Source of the DNA: the human T2T-CHM13v2.0 reference genome, Homo sapiens
DNA: 64,000 nt
Reading direction: 5' to 3' (one strand)
Assembly: GCF_009914755.1 (NCBI RefSeq)
Contig: NC_060939.1
Part shown: positions 15,788-29,839 of the stretch, piece by piece
Position numbering within the stretch: position 1 is the stretch's first letter
Layout of the letters: each line of letters begins with the position of its first letter
Notes under the pieces: model-generated
What the model saw: only the letters and a program-made list of their open reading frames with translations
What the model was told of the DNA's origin: nothing
Database searches by the model: none
Made by a program: the position numbers and the translations under genes

Positions 15788-16337
15788 GGCAGGTTGTTTC
15801 TAAAATGGCTTGTGTGATCCCCACTCTTGATATTCATATCCTTACATAAAATCCCCTGTCCTTGAGTATGTGCTGGATCTAGTTACTTACTTATAATGAA
15901 TGGAACATGGCAAAGGGGATTGGATGCCACTTCTAAGATTAGGTTACAAAAAACTATGACTTCTATATTGCTGACTCTTGCTCTCTTGCTTGTCCGCTCT
16001 GAGGAAGCCAGCTGCCATGTTGTCAGTTATTCTATGAAGCCTACATGGCAAGAAGCCTAAGGCAGGCTCTGGCCAACATCTCAGGAAGAAATGAGGCCCT
16101 TAGGCCAACAACCCATGAAGAACTGAATCCCATCAACAACTACTTAAGTGAGCTTGAAGATGGATCTACTCTCTAGACAAGCCTTAAGATGACTGCCCTT
16201 GTGGGAGACCCAGAGCCAGAGGATCCAGGTCGGCCATGCCTGGATTCCAGAAACACAGAAATCGTGACTAAATGTGTATTGTTTTAAGCCATTAAATTTT
16301 AGAGCAACTTGTTATACAGCAAAATATAATTAATATG
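15788..16337. mobile_element. MLT1 (MLT1F-like) LTR
   Basis: GAAGCCAGCTGCCATGTTG...TGTTTTAAGCC...TTGTTATACAGCA. Confidence 0.75.
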
Positions 16338-16639
16338 GAGTAGCTCTGAAGAAACTACAAAAAGAGTTCAAGAACAAAGCAGGAGATACCAGACAAGTGT
16401 GTTCATGATTCAGATATTCAGTTAGACTTATCGCTCAACTGAACACTACTAGCTGCTTATGGATTTGATATTAACCTGTTGTAATTTCCATTCTAAGTCT
16501 CATTTAGTTTATACTCAAACTACTGGTTAAAGATGGAAGGCTAAGACAGCAAGAGAACATAGATGTTCAAATAGAAGTTAATGAAGAGCACAAAATAGTA
16601 ATCCGGTAAATTTATTTCAAAATTTTCTGTATTCTGAAA

Positions 16640-16985
16640 TAATATCTTCTGCAGCAACCTGGATGAAACCGAAGGCCATTATTTTAAGTGAAGTAACTCA
16701 AGAATAAAAAACCAAATACTACATGTTCTTACTTATGAGTGAGAGCTAAACTATGAGTACGCAAAGGCATACAGAGTGGTATAATGGACACTGGAGATTC
16801 AGAAGGGAAGAGGGTGGGAGGGGGGCGAGGGATGAAAAACTACCTGCTGGGTACAATGCATACTCAGGTGATGGTGCACTAAAATCCCAGACTTTACCGC
16901 AATATAATGCATCCATGTAACCAACAACCACTTGTACCCCATAAAGATATTGAAAAATAAGTAAATAAATACATTTTTTAAAAAC
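16640..16985 (+). mobile_element. L1PB 3' end
   Basis: GCAGCAACCTGGATG...CACTTGTACCCC and A tail. Confidence 0.85.
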
Positions 16986-17680
16986 AAAATTATCTTTATT
17001 CTATCTGTAAATTGGATTTATCTGATCAATATTAGCATTCTCCATCTGAACCAGCAATGAAAGGAGAAAAAAAATGGTGATGAATATATCCCAAATTAGC
17101 ATTTTACTTTAAAAAATTAGTTATACTTTAGGATTCTCATTTTGGTGACTATCTTTTCATGTCATATATATACACACATATATTTTACATAAATGGGCTG
17201 TATGTCACAGAAGCTACTTTTCTTGGAAATTCTTTTTTTTTTTTTTTAAACAGAGACATTGTTTGTTTGTTAATTGAGTAAGTGGAGGCTTACCGCTAAA
17301 TCTTCCCCCAGACTTACTCTTCCTCAGGTAATCACTACTTATAACAAAGTATGCTTTTCTCCATGTTCATATACATAATCATATACAAATGTTACACGGG
17401 CAGAGTTTTTTTTGTGTGTGTGTGTGTGGAGAACTACTCTCTGTGTGTGTCTCTCTCTCAAACACACACCACCACAAATACACACACAGGAATCATACTT
17501 TATAAAATTCTCTGCACCATGAAAAGTCCTTGCAGTCAATTGCCATAAATTTAATTAATTTGTTTTTAATGGCCGCATAATAATACAGCAATTGGATAAC
17601 CTATAATTTATTTAACCTTTCCCCAGGGATGGGCATTTACCTTGTTTTCAGTGCTTTTCTCCTTAGAAAAAGGCTGCAGT

Positions 17681-17982
17681 GGCCGGGCGTGGTGGCTCAC
17701 GCCTGTAATCCCAGCACTTTGGGAGGCTGAGGCGGGCGGATCACCTAAGGTCCGGAGTTCGAGACCAGCCTGACCAACATGGAGAAACCCCGTCTCCAAT
17801 AAAAATACAAAATTAGCCCGACATGGTGGCACATGCCTGTAATCCCAGCTACTCGGGAGGCTGAGGCAGGAGAACTGATTGACCTGGGAGGCGGAGGTTG
17901 CAGTGAGCTGAGATTGTGCCAGTGCACTCTGGCCTGGGCAACAAGAGCGAAACTCTGTCTCAAAAAAAAAAAAAAAAAAAAA
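17681..17982 (+). mobile_element. AluSp-type in old antisense L1M
   Basis: GACCAACATGGAGAAACCCC; TSD AAAAGG(C/T)TGCAGT. Confidence 0.93.
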
Positions 17983-18327
17983 GGAAAAGGTTGCAGTAAA
18001 CACACATTTTTATGCACTGGTGCTTCTATTTACATGGGATAGACTTTGAGGAGATTGTTGGATCATAGATTAGAGGTATTTTCCATTTTAGCAGATATTA
18101 CCAGAACATATTTTTTAAAGGCTATAATAATTTACATTTCAACCAAAGTATGAAAATGACTTCCCTTCCAATCTTTGACAGCATTAGACATTATTGCTCT
18201 TTTAAATTTGTATTTCCCTCATTAATGGTGAGGTTAAGCATCTTTTCATAAGTTTACTGGCCATCAAGATTTGCCTTTCAGTGAACTGCCTATTAATATC
18301 ATTTCTGCATTTCCCTACAGGGTTATT

Positions 18328-18600
18328 TATTTTTATTTAATTTTTTGAGACAGGGTTTCACTCTGTCGCCCAGGCTGGAGGGCAGTGGTGATCTCAGCAC
18401 ACTGCAACCTCTGCCTGCTGGTTCAAGCAATTCTCGCGCCTCAGCCTCCTGAGTAGCTGGGACTACAGGTGTGCACCACCACTATACCCAGCTAATTTTT
18501 GTATGTTTTGGTAGAGATGGGGTTTCACCATTGTTGGCCAGGTTGAACTCCTGACCTCAGATGATCCGCCTACCTTGGCCTCCCAAAACCTGGGATTACA
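18328..18600 (-). mobile_element. Alu (old S/J)
   Basis: Reverse Alu. Confidence 0.9.
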
Positions 18601-18689
18601 GTATTTTTTAAAAACAACTATTAATGTATAATATACTCATCTGATATGTACAATTTCCACTGCATATTTATTCATTATGTAATGTATCC

Positions 18690-19830
18690 ATTGACGTATT
18701 TTCTTCTCGGATTCCAGGATGCCATAGTCTCGTAATATACTTTTTCCCTATCTTACCATCCACTTCTTATGAGTCTCCTTTCATAGCCCCTCTTCTCTTC
18801 TCTACCTACCTACACTTACTTACTCCCTTGGTGATTTCATCTGGTTCTATGGTTTTAAATGCCACCTGTATGTTGATGAGTCTCATATTTCTATCTTCAA
18901 ACTCCAGACCTCTCATATGAGCTTCAGACTCACATATTGGGTGTCTCACTGGCATTTCTAAAATGAACTCTTAACATCTTGTGGCCTAATCTACTTAGCT
19001 TTCAAGATTCTCCATGTGAGTAAAGGGCGTCACCATCCACCCAGCTGCCCTTACCAGAACCTGGAATTCATTATTGATTTATTCCTCCCCCTCACAGACA
19101 TATCTCATTCATCACTGTGTCCTTCAATTATACCCCAAAACATGTCACCAAACTAACCACTTCTTTCTACATCCACTGCTACTCTACCCCATCCCTATCT
19201 ACTCCACTATCATCCAAACTTCTATGAAAGCCTACCAACTGGGCCCTTTGAATCTACCTTCCCCTACCCCACCCCTCCCTTTGCCCCCAACAATCAATTC
19301 TTCAGTCCCTGAATATAAATCAGATCATGTAATTCCCCTGCTTAAAACTCTCCTATGACTTTCCATCCTACTTTAAAAACTCTAAACTTGTTACTAAACT
19401 ATAAGGCCTTACATGATATGGCTTTGTCTACCTACCTGAATTCATCTTCTGTCCTTCTCCCCCAGGTCCTAGCTCGCTCACTCTGCGCCTCATTTGCCTT
19501 CTTGCTTTTCCTTGATTATGCTGAGCTCATTCCTACTTTTTCCTCAGAACATCCAACTCTGCTGAAGTGTCACATTTTCACAGAAGTCTTCCTTTATTAT
19601 ACAGAAACACACACATCACATACATGCTAGCCTCTTACTTTGCTTCATCTTTTTCCATACCTTTCCTGGCTACATTAAATTACATATTACTCTGCTTGCT
19701 TACTAATTCATATCTCCCCCTCTAAACTAAAATATAAGCTTCATGAAGACAGAAGATGTGTCCTTCTTGTTCACTGTTAAATCCCTGGCACTCAGAACAG
19801 TAATCTGGCATACAGTGGGAATTCAATCAT
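18690..19830 (+). mobile_element. L2 3' region
   Basis: GGTTTTAAATGCCACCTGTATGTTGATGA, CAGATCATGTAATTCCCCTGCTTAAAAC, CTGGCATACAGTGGG. Confidence 0.75.
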
Positions 19831-19997
19831 TTTTTTTAAAATAATGGGTAAATATTACTTTATTATTTTTGACACTGATAATTGCAAAGGTACTCTGATT
19901 AACTACATTGAAAGCAACCAATGTATAGCTGTAGCTCATTCATATTTAATGCGGCATAATATCCTGTTATGTCAATACACTACAATTTAACTTTTCA

Positions 19998-20299
<302 letters not shown>

Positions 20300-21610
20300 G
20301 CTTGCTCATTTCCAAATTTTGTTCACCATTATGAATCCTGTTGTTGTAAAATTCTTGTACATATCTTCTGTTATATGTATTTCTCTAGAGTGTACAACTA
20401 GGATTAGAGATGCTAAGTCAGAAAGTATGCAAAATCCAACTTTACAACATAAAGTGAAATTGTTTTCCAAAGGGGTTGGACCAGTATATACTTCTTCAGT
20501 ATTGTATAAGAGTTTCTGTTCACCCATATCCTCTTTAACATATGATACTGGCAAACCTTTTAATTTTTGGCAGTCTCATATTGATCTTACTTTGCATTTC
20601 CCGATTACTTATGAGGCAGAGCATCTTTTCATATATTTATAGGCCTTATGTATTTTTTCTATGAAATGGCTGTTCATGTCTTTTGCCCATTTTCCCATTG
20701 AGCTTTTGTCTTTTTCTTACTGACTCATTTTGTATACTAAAGCTTTATTGGTTCTATGTATGGTAAGCATCTTCTCCCATTTTGTGGCTTATCTTTTCAA
20801 TTTCATTATAGAGTTTTTCAGTGAACAAAAGCACTTGATTTTAATGTACACAATTTTATTAATCTTTCCTGTTATGGCTAGTTCTTTCTATGTCTTGTCA
20901 GGAAATTCTTCCTTACTCCAGGGACACAATGATATTTTCCCACAGGCCCTGAAAGCCTTCCACACTTTTATCTATGTAGAAACGATTTTTGTACATGGTG
21001 TGAATTAAGGATCTAATTTCATATGGATACTATGAAAGTTAACCCATATGGATATTTAACCTATATGGATAACTAATCATATCAGTGTTTTTAAAAAAGT
21101 TTCTCCTTTCCTCCCCTTGATCTTGAATTCCATATCAAGAATTCCATCTATCTGTGGGCCGGTTTCTGTATTCACTTTCTATTCTGCTGGTTAATACATC
21201 TCTCCCTGAGCCAAAAGCGGTCTTAATTTACTGTTAATTACTATTTGAACAATTCTGTGTGTTGATAACTGATAGGACAAGTCTCACCACCTTATTCTCC
21301 TTGTTCAGAAATGTCTTGTTTTGGCTGTCTTTATACATGCATTTGAAAGAACAGAAATAAAAAGAAAACACAATTAAACACGCATTTATAAAATCAGCAA
21401 GGACTAAAAGATACCTAAGAATATACCTAAAATATATGTACAGAAAATTACAAAACAATTTTAAAACATTTAAGAAGGCCTAAATAAATATAAAAATAAG
21501 CCACAGTCATGGATTAGAAGCCTCAATATTCTAAGATGTCAATTCTTCCCATACTAATCCAAAGATATAATCCAAATTCCAACAGTTAATTGTGAATCTC
21601 AACAAGCTAA
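20300..21610. mobile_element. Old L1M fragments (antisense, then sense)
   Basis: GAGCATCTTTTCATAT, CATGTCTTTTGCCCATTTT, CTCAATATTCTAAGATGTCAATTCTTCCC. Confidence 0.65.
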
Positions 21611-22009
21611 TTCTGTTTGTCCCAATTTTTTATTGGAAACATATAAAATTGTAAGTTTAAGACTTTAACTAAAGTATGTCTTGGAATCTAACATGTTATA
21701 AACCTTGTCAATTTCCAACTATGTCTGTTATTAAGGTGAGGAAAACTTTCTTTTATTATACTCTGGATATGTTCCTCAAAGTCTGTCATTTATTTGGCTA
21801 ACTTATTTTCAGTAACATTGATTCTTCTGCTTGTTATCTTTGGATGTATATCCTAGACTGATACCAGACAAAAGGCAAAAATCACCGAATCCAAGCACAA
21901 GCATGATAATCCATCAAATGTCTCAAAAACTTAACCTATGGTAGCATTAATAACATTGTAAGGATTTTGAACCATCTGTTAAATGCATCCTATTGTAACT
22001 TATCTCTCC

Positions 22010-22315
<306 letters not shown>

Positions 22316-23199
22316 TGTAACTCACCTCTTTCTAAGGATACAGATATGAAGACAGTTTTGACTTTCTGCCAAAAGTTCCAATCTAAAAATAAAAAACAAA
22401 ACAAAACAAATTTTGATAGACATGCACTCCTGACAGGGTTGCTAAACAAACATTTAATTATGGAAAGCAAACAGTAGGAAGAAAATACCAATATATGCCA
22501 CAGTTAAGAGAGCAGACATGGTGAGTACTTTGATTAGGAAGCTAACATTAATTTTTGATGAGTCAATGTAGTTCCCAATAAAATAAGAAAAAAGGCACGA
22601 TGAATGAGCTAATTGTAATATTTTCATAAGTACAGGTTAAGACTTGGTTGTGGGAACATAAATGTCCAGAAAAGACAGCATTTTTTGGATAATTTTTTCA
22701 GAAATAATCTCCTTCAGTTTATGTCTCAAGGATGAAATTCATCACAGGAAAATTTGAAAAATCCTAGGCATAAAACAAAATCTTAAGTTTTGGGTTTTTT
22801 GAGTCTTAAGATATGCCTGTTTTAAAAACAAATAAAAGTGGTAGCACAACCAATCCATCTTGACCACCCTATATGTACAACATCTGATTCAATCATTTAA
22901 ATAATCAAACACAGGCATTTTCTGAACACTATCTTACTTTCTTTGTTCTCAATTCTAACCAATTGCCTCATTTAAGGACAGGCCTGGGCAAACTTCTGAG
23001 GTTTGTCTTTAGTCTTAGCTCTTTATCTTCCAGTAACTTCCTCTCCTGTTCTATTCCATGTAACGCCATGTCACCACACGACCTTACTTCATTGCTCCTG
23101 CCTTTACCACATATGGACTTCCATAAAAACTCACTGTCATGGGACATCTCTTCCAGAGTCCCGTTCTCTGCTTATTTGAATAAATTACAATAAGCACAA

Positions 23200-24660
23200 A
23201 AATCAAGAGTAAAAAAAAGCAATCCGTGCAATGGGAGAAAATTATTTGCAAATCATAGATCTCCTAAGAAGCTAACAACCAGAACATATGATTAAGTCCT
23301 ACAACTCAACAACAACCACCATTTTTTGCTGATTAAAAAATGGGTGAAGGACAATAGACATTATTCCAAAGAAGACATACAAATGGCCAATAAGCACACG
23401 AAAAGATGCCCAACATTACTGCTCATTAAGGAAGTGCAAGTCAAAACCATAAGATACCACCTCACACCCATTAGGATTCCTACTTTGAAAAAAAACAGAA
23501 AATAAGCATCGGCGAGGAAGTAAAGAAATTGGAACCCTTGTGCATTGTTGGTGAGAATGTAAAATGGTGCAGTCCCTATGGAAAACAGTACGGTGTTTCC
23601 TCAAAATATTACAAATACAATTACCATATTGAAGTAGAAGGCAGGGCTTAGACCCTGGACCAGATTGAAGACTAGCAGAAACAGGAAAAATACGAAAGCA
23701 ACTCTCCGTAGGACACACCTACCAGTGCCATGTCAATTTACCGTTGCCAGCACAACATCTGGAAGTTATTGCCCCTTTCCATGGCAAGGACACAATGACC
23801 CAGAAGTTACAATCCTTTTTCTAGGAATTTCTGCATAATCTGTCCCTTAATTTCCATGTAATTAAAAGTGGATATAAACATGACTGCAGAACTGCCCCTG
23901 AACTGCTACTCTGGGTACACTGCCTACAGGGTAGCCTATAGTGTAGCTGCACTCTGCATGGGGCAGTACCTGTGCTGCTGCTGCTATACGCTGCCACGTT
24001 AATAAGAGTTGCTGACTCACACCACCACCACCTCACCCATGAATTCTTTCCTGGGCAAAGCCAAGAACCCTCCCAAGCTAAGCCCCAATTTGGGGGCTCA
24101 CCTGTCCTGCATCAATATGAACAAGGAATTCAACTTCTGGCTACCTACTCCAAAGAACAGAATGTAGGGTCTTTAAGAGATAGTTGTACATTCATGTTCA
24201 TAACAGCATCATTCACAATAACCAAAAGGTGAAAAAAACTCAGGTATCCATCAGTGGATGAATAAACAAAATGTTTTACATATACACAATGGGATGTTAT
24301 TCAGTCTCAAAAAGGAAGAAAATTTGGACATACATGAGCCTCAAGGATATTATGCTAAGTGAAATAAGCCAGTCACAAAAAAACACATACCGTATAATTC
24401 CATCTGTATGAGGTACCCAGAGTAGCCCACTCATAGAGACACAAAGTGGAGAGGTGATTGCCAGGGACTAGGAGGCAGGGAATGTAGAGTTATTTTTTAA
24501 TGGGTATAGTTTGTTTTGCAAGATGAAAAGAGTTCTGGAGATAGAGAGTGGTGATGGTTACAAAACAATGTACTTAATATTACATAAACTATACACTTAA
24601 AATGATTATTAAGATGGTATAAATTACATTCTATGTATTTTTACAATTAAAATTTTTTTT
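23200..24660 (+). mobile_element. L1MB-type 3' region interrupted by MER41
   Basis: CAAAGAAGACATACAAATGGCCAATAAGCAC...GATGAAAAGAGTTCTGGAGAT. Confidence 0.8.
23630..24114 (+). mobile_element. MER41-family solo LTR (ERV1)
   Basis: TG...CA ends, 4-bp TSD ATAT (23626-29 and 24115-18), CCAAGAACCCTCCC...CTAAGCCCCAATTT 3' end. Confidence 0.82.
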
Positions 24661-25315
24661 TAATTACAATGAGCACATAAAAAGCTTATTCCAAGTCTGG
24701 TTTTCACCTTTTCTTTACCTAAAATAAATTCAGGGTTTCTGCCTAATTGTCAAAGTGGTTAGTGTGAATTCCTTATCTCCTTTCACTTCCTCCTGGCATC
24801 CTATGGAGATGGGTGCAGACGGCAATGAATTTTAGTGCAGCTCCCTTCCACTTACTTGCTCTGTAACTGAGCAAGTCAGTTGGTAAAAGAGATTAATGCA
24901 TTTTAGCTTTCTCATCCCTTCGAAAACAACACTGAAAATCATCTTAAATCTTATGTCTCAGAAGGTACTATCATTTAAATTTTCATTAAAGACTTTGAAA
25001 TTGCCTGCAGGGAAGGAAAAAGCAATAGAACAAAATGTAAAGGAGGGCTCACTCAGGATGCAGTGTTATCTCTTTCTAATGGTAAGACTATATAGTTGTA
25101 TTACAAATAATGTAGACAGTTCCAAAAACTACATTTCAATATCGTATGACAAAAAAAGCTGAAACCCAGTCTTTTTGTAATAAATTGCCAATTAAAAATG
25201 TCTCCATGTATTCTCTTTTCCACGCTCTTTCTTAGTCAGTTTTGGTTCATTCTTGTTCATTTAGTCTAATTGCAAAGATAGAAAAATCCTGTCATCATGT
25301 TTCAGACAAATATTG

Positions 25316-25507
25316 GGCAAAAAACTTGAGGATTGTATTTGTGACTAATTGTATAACAGGTTATTTTAGTTTCTGTTATGTGGAAAGTGTAAAACATTCC
25401 AACAAAGGGTTTTTAATGTAGATTTTTTTTTGCACCCATGCTGTTGATTGCTAAATGTAATAGTCTGATCATGATACTGAATAAATGTGTCTTTTTAAAA
25501 AAATAAA
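25316..25507 (+). pseudogene. 5'-truncated processed retrocopy of HNRNPA1 3'UTR
   Basis: TGTATTTGTGACTAATTGTATAACAGGTTATTTTAGTTTCTG...GCTGTTGATTGCTAAATG recognised as the HNRNPA1 3'UTR. AATAAA 25480-85, A tail, TSD AGA(C/A)AAATATTG at 25304-15 and 25508-19. Confidence 0.8.
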
Positions 25508-26285
25508 AGAAAAATATTGTCATCGAGATCTACATATATTGCACTTGTATTCCTCTATGTACATGTTTCTGTTCCTTAATCTATCTCAAGCTCTTTAATG
25601 GTAAAATCATGTCTTATTAATTTTTATAATGCTAAGTCTATCACAGTTACTAACCCAGAAGAGATACTCAATAAACACCTAATGAGATTATAATGGTAGA
25701 ACATTAATGTTACCCAATTCACGTAGTTCTACCTTCACATGGAAATAACTGAAAATTTAAAAAGTAAAAGTTTCAATGACAGAAATTAAGAATGTTATAT
25801 GCTTAAATGCTGAAAACCAGGTTCTTACAAAATTTGGCAAAGAATGAAAAAAGGGAAAAAAATCTCCTAGGAATGGTTAAAAAAATTAAGTTACATATAC
25901 TTATATCTTAAAACAAAACAGAAAAGTTTTGAGTAAAATTCTGGATAAAGATGTATTAGTGAAATAAAAGCAAAAATGAAAACAGGTTACAAAACTAATA
26001 TCCAACGAAGTACTATAACTTATGTGCTAGAAAGTATGAAATAGCAGATCACTATATTTTGACTCCATCCTGAAGTTACAAGTTATACACATTTATGTGC
26101 CAAATAAAGCCCTGACATTTATTAAATAAACGGTCAAAAAAAGGGACAGATATGTAGAAATATAATAGATATGTCAGATTTATATACCTCTTCATTTTGG
26201 AGAGAGTAGTTGACAAAAAATAAACATTAAGAATTTTAAAAAATATATTAGTAAATATCAATATATTTATATTTGTCCATTATAT

Positions 26286-26353
26286 TTATTGACTTATTTA
26301 TTAAGTCAATATACTTATTGACTCATTTATTAAGTCAATATACTTATTGACTC
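26286..26353. repeat. 29-bp tandem repeat (2.3 copies) with internal inverted repeat
   Basis: Unit TTATTGACT(T/C)ATTTATTAAGTCAATATAC. Confidence 0.85.
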
Positions 26354-27857
26354 CTAAAGAAGCTTTCTTTTCAGGAATACAAAAACCATTTTTTAAAAGT
26401 TGATCACATATGAAAAGAACACTAAATGAATTAAAATAGTTAAAAAGGATACATAATCTGACTACAAGATAACCATATTAAAAAACAATAAAGTATTACA
26501 TACAAACTCTTTAGCCAGTTATAATTCCTAAAATTCTCTCCTAAATATCTCTTGGGCCAACTCAGAAATGAAAATCACAAAACCTATTTTGAAAATGACT
26601 ATAAAACACCAATTATTCAAATCTACATCATGAAGCCAAATATGACCTGAGGAAAACTAGCTTTAAAAGTTTTCATTTTCAAAAAGATTTCAAAAAAATT
26701 AAATAAGACTTTATTTCATTAAGTTTGAAATAGAAGAAAAGAAAAATATACTTGGGGAAAGGTAGTGAAGATGAGATCAGAAATTAATGATTTAGAGAAA
26801 AAAATAGAATTGATTAACAAAAAAGGGGGAAACAAAAATCCAAGAGGATTAGAGAAGGTTAGAGAGAGATGATTTTCATTTATAAGCAAAAGATAGGAAG
26901 GTGCAGTTAAAGCCTGTTGGCATCTATTTTCTCTATGAAGTATGAAGGTAAAACAATTTGCTGAAAATGAGGGGGAAAGGCTGGAAGAGAATAGTAAATG
27001 TATCTACTAACATCTGAGGAAGATGTACAAGGAGCTGACCTAGGGCATGCCCACTCTTGTTAAGCTGCACTACTTTTGTCATTTGCTTTTACAATATAAA
27101 AATAAGGGACACATTTGTTCTGGGTTACCTGATCCTTTGTAGTTAAATAAATCTTTATCCCAGGAGTGTACTCAAAACGAAGAATGGAGACCATGATATT
27201 TCATAACTCTACCAAAGGCTTTGTCCTTCCCCTGACATCACACATAGCATAAGATAGGGTCAGTGCTGAGCTGGAGAACAGCCAGAGTTCTTGAACACCT
27301 GGCATATCATAAAATTTAATCTAATCTTATTTCTTTTACTTCAAAATATTTCCATTTATAATAGTATAGTGGGTCTGTTTCTAATAACATTTTACATATT
27401 TTATGTGAGTCAGTGAGCCAGATGTAAGACATAAAACTGTGCTTACAGTAACTTTTCAGAAATGTTTCTTTTAAAAAATTGAAGAATGCCTTCCTATCAT
27501 CAATACCAGGTTCTCTCTACTCAGATTGCTATATCTCACAGTAGCAAGGCAATCTCTTTTTGATAGGACAAAATAATTAAAAAGGAAATACAAAACCATT
27601 AGAAACATGTTAATCGCAAAAACTTTACATCCACTTTAAAGGGTACCACAAACCTGCCCTATCTTCAAGTTTCTGAACTTCACAAAAGCTCATCATCTTC
27701 AGTCATAGCTTGATACCTCCACAGTCTAGTCCCACAAACCAGGAAAACTCCACAGCCTCAATATCATCAGCCACGGAACACTAGTTTGTCAAACACTGTA
27801 TATAACTCGGTAGTCAGCAAACGTGTGGAACTTACTACCTTTAAGAAGTCAATTATA

Positions 27858-28153
27858 GGCCGGGCACGGTGGCTCACGCCTGTAATCCCAGCACTTTGGG
27901 AGTTCGAGACCAGCCTGCCCAACATGGCAAAACCCCATCTCTACTAAACATCTAAAAAATTAGCCGGGTGTGGTGGTGTGCGCCTGTAATCCCAGCTAAT
28001 TGGGAGGCTGAGGCAGGAGAACCTGGGGGCGGCGGGGAGGGGGTGATGAGGAGGGTGGTAGAGCTTGCAGTGAGCCAAGAACACACTACTGCACTCCAGC
28101 CTGGGGTGACAGAGAGAGACTCCGTCTCAAAAAAAAAAAAAAAAAAAAAAAAA
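27858..28153 (+). mobile_element. Rearranged Alu
   Basis: Left-arm deletion and G-rich patch in right arm; TSD AAGAAG(T/C)CAATTA. Confidence 0.9.
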
Positions 28154-28591
28154 GAAGCCAATTAATTATATATATAGTTGTTGATACATTTGCAGTTGAA
28201 AGATTAAAAGGAAGATGAGAATTAAAATCTATATAACTAACCTTTTGGGATCAGGGGACATATTGGCCTGGATAGTTCAATGACCTAATACACTATTGCT
28301 TTAATTTATGTTCGTGTGACCTTCATGTAAGACTGTGGCTACAGCAGAATAAAAAGCTCAGGACTGTTAACAAATCATCCTCTCAAAAATCCAACTTCTG
28401 TTCTATATAAACGCATACAACTCACAGAGATTACTTTCCCTTTGGCCTACTGACCAGACCAGTGTTTTTCAAACTGTAGGTAATGAAACTCATTTAGCAG
28501 GTTGCAACCTGACTTTACATAAAATGAAATATAAAAATATCAGAATGTATCACATATAGTAAGTACAACTTGAAAATTTTTTTGTTATAGG

Positions 28592-29021
28592 TGCATCTTA
28601 GTCCATTTTGGGTTGCTGTAACAGAATAAATGAGGCTGGGTAATTTATAAAGAAAACAGGCTTTATTTAGCTCATGGTTCTGCAGGCTGGAAAGTATAAG
28701 CATGGTACCAGCATCTGCTCAGCTTCTGGTAAGGGCCACGTGCTAACTCAAAACATGGCAAAGAAGGTCAAAGGGAAAGTGGACACGTGAAAAGCAACCA
28801 AACAGGAGGAAGAAACTTGCTTTATAACTCACTCTTGCAAGAACTAATCTATTCTCAGAGAACTAATCTAGTCTCCAGAGAGGGAGAACTCACTACCACA
28901 GGACCAGCAACAGTACCCAAACACCTCTCGCTAGAACCCACCTCCCAACACCACCACACTGGGGATAAAATTTCAACATGAGTTTTGGAGGGGACAAACG
29001 GATCATATAAAAATCTCAGCA
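28592..29021. mobile_element. MST-type MaLR LTR inside hAT-Charlie-like remnant (~28460-29112)
   Basis: CTGGGTAATTTATAAAGAAA...TTTCAACATGAGTTTTGGAGGGGACAAAC; flanks CAGTGTTTTTCAAACT and TGAAAGCCGTT. Confidence 0.75.
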
Positions 29022-29839
29022 GTGTGTGTGTGCATGCATGTGCACGTACTGGGATGGGAATTAATATTTATTTCTCACTGTAGGTTACAGTCAAAAAACC
29101 TGAAAGCCGTTAGACTGCAATCAATCAGCAACAACAACTCATTTCCAAAGTCTAAATATTTTTTTCAAAATTATTGACTTCATCATCATGTAGTAGTCCA
29201 GGGAAGGAGATAAGAGAAGTTATAACTTGTTTTAAATTAGTTGGTTTCATTTGGAACATCAAATAGTGGTCTAGAGGGAATTTTCAATCCATTCAACATA
29301 TGGTAACTCTAAAAGCATTAACTGAGAATTTATACTACTACTCCCTCTGAACAAGCATTTCCTCCAAGATCAAACATGTTATTAATAATAAAGTACTACT
29401 TCAGTGTCAAAGGAAAAGGAAATAGAGATCTGAAGTTGAGTTTATTTTCTGACCTGTCTACATCATAAAAAATCCTTAATCTTCTGTGAAACTCATTTTT
29501 ATATGTGCTAACCACTACTGAAACTATCACTTAAAACCACTCTCATCTCGTATTTTGCAATAGAAACTGAGAAGTTATTACTATGTGATCAGAAATTTTC
29601 CAGTCCCCATACAGGCAACCTGGCAGCTACCACTGACTCCCCTACACTGACACCTCTACTTCTGGGTAGCTGTATAGACTCTATATTCAGACTTAGAGAA
29701 TCTATTCAGAATATGAGTTTCAATGATCAAATGAGAAGAATAGTTTATTCTTAGACCCTTTTTGTATGTTAATGTGGTCCAGTTTATCTTGTCCCCAAAT
29801 CCTGAAGCTCTGTGGAACTTCCAGAAATGGCCTATCACA

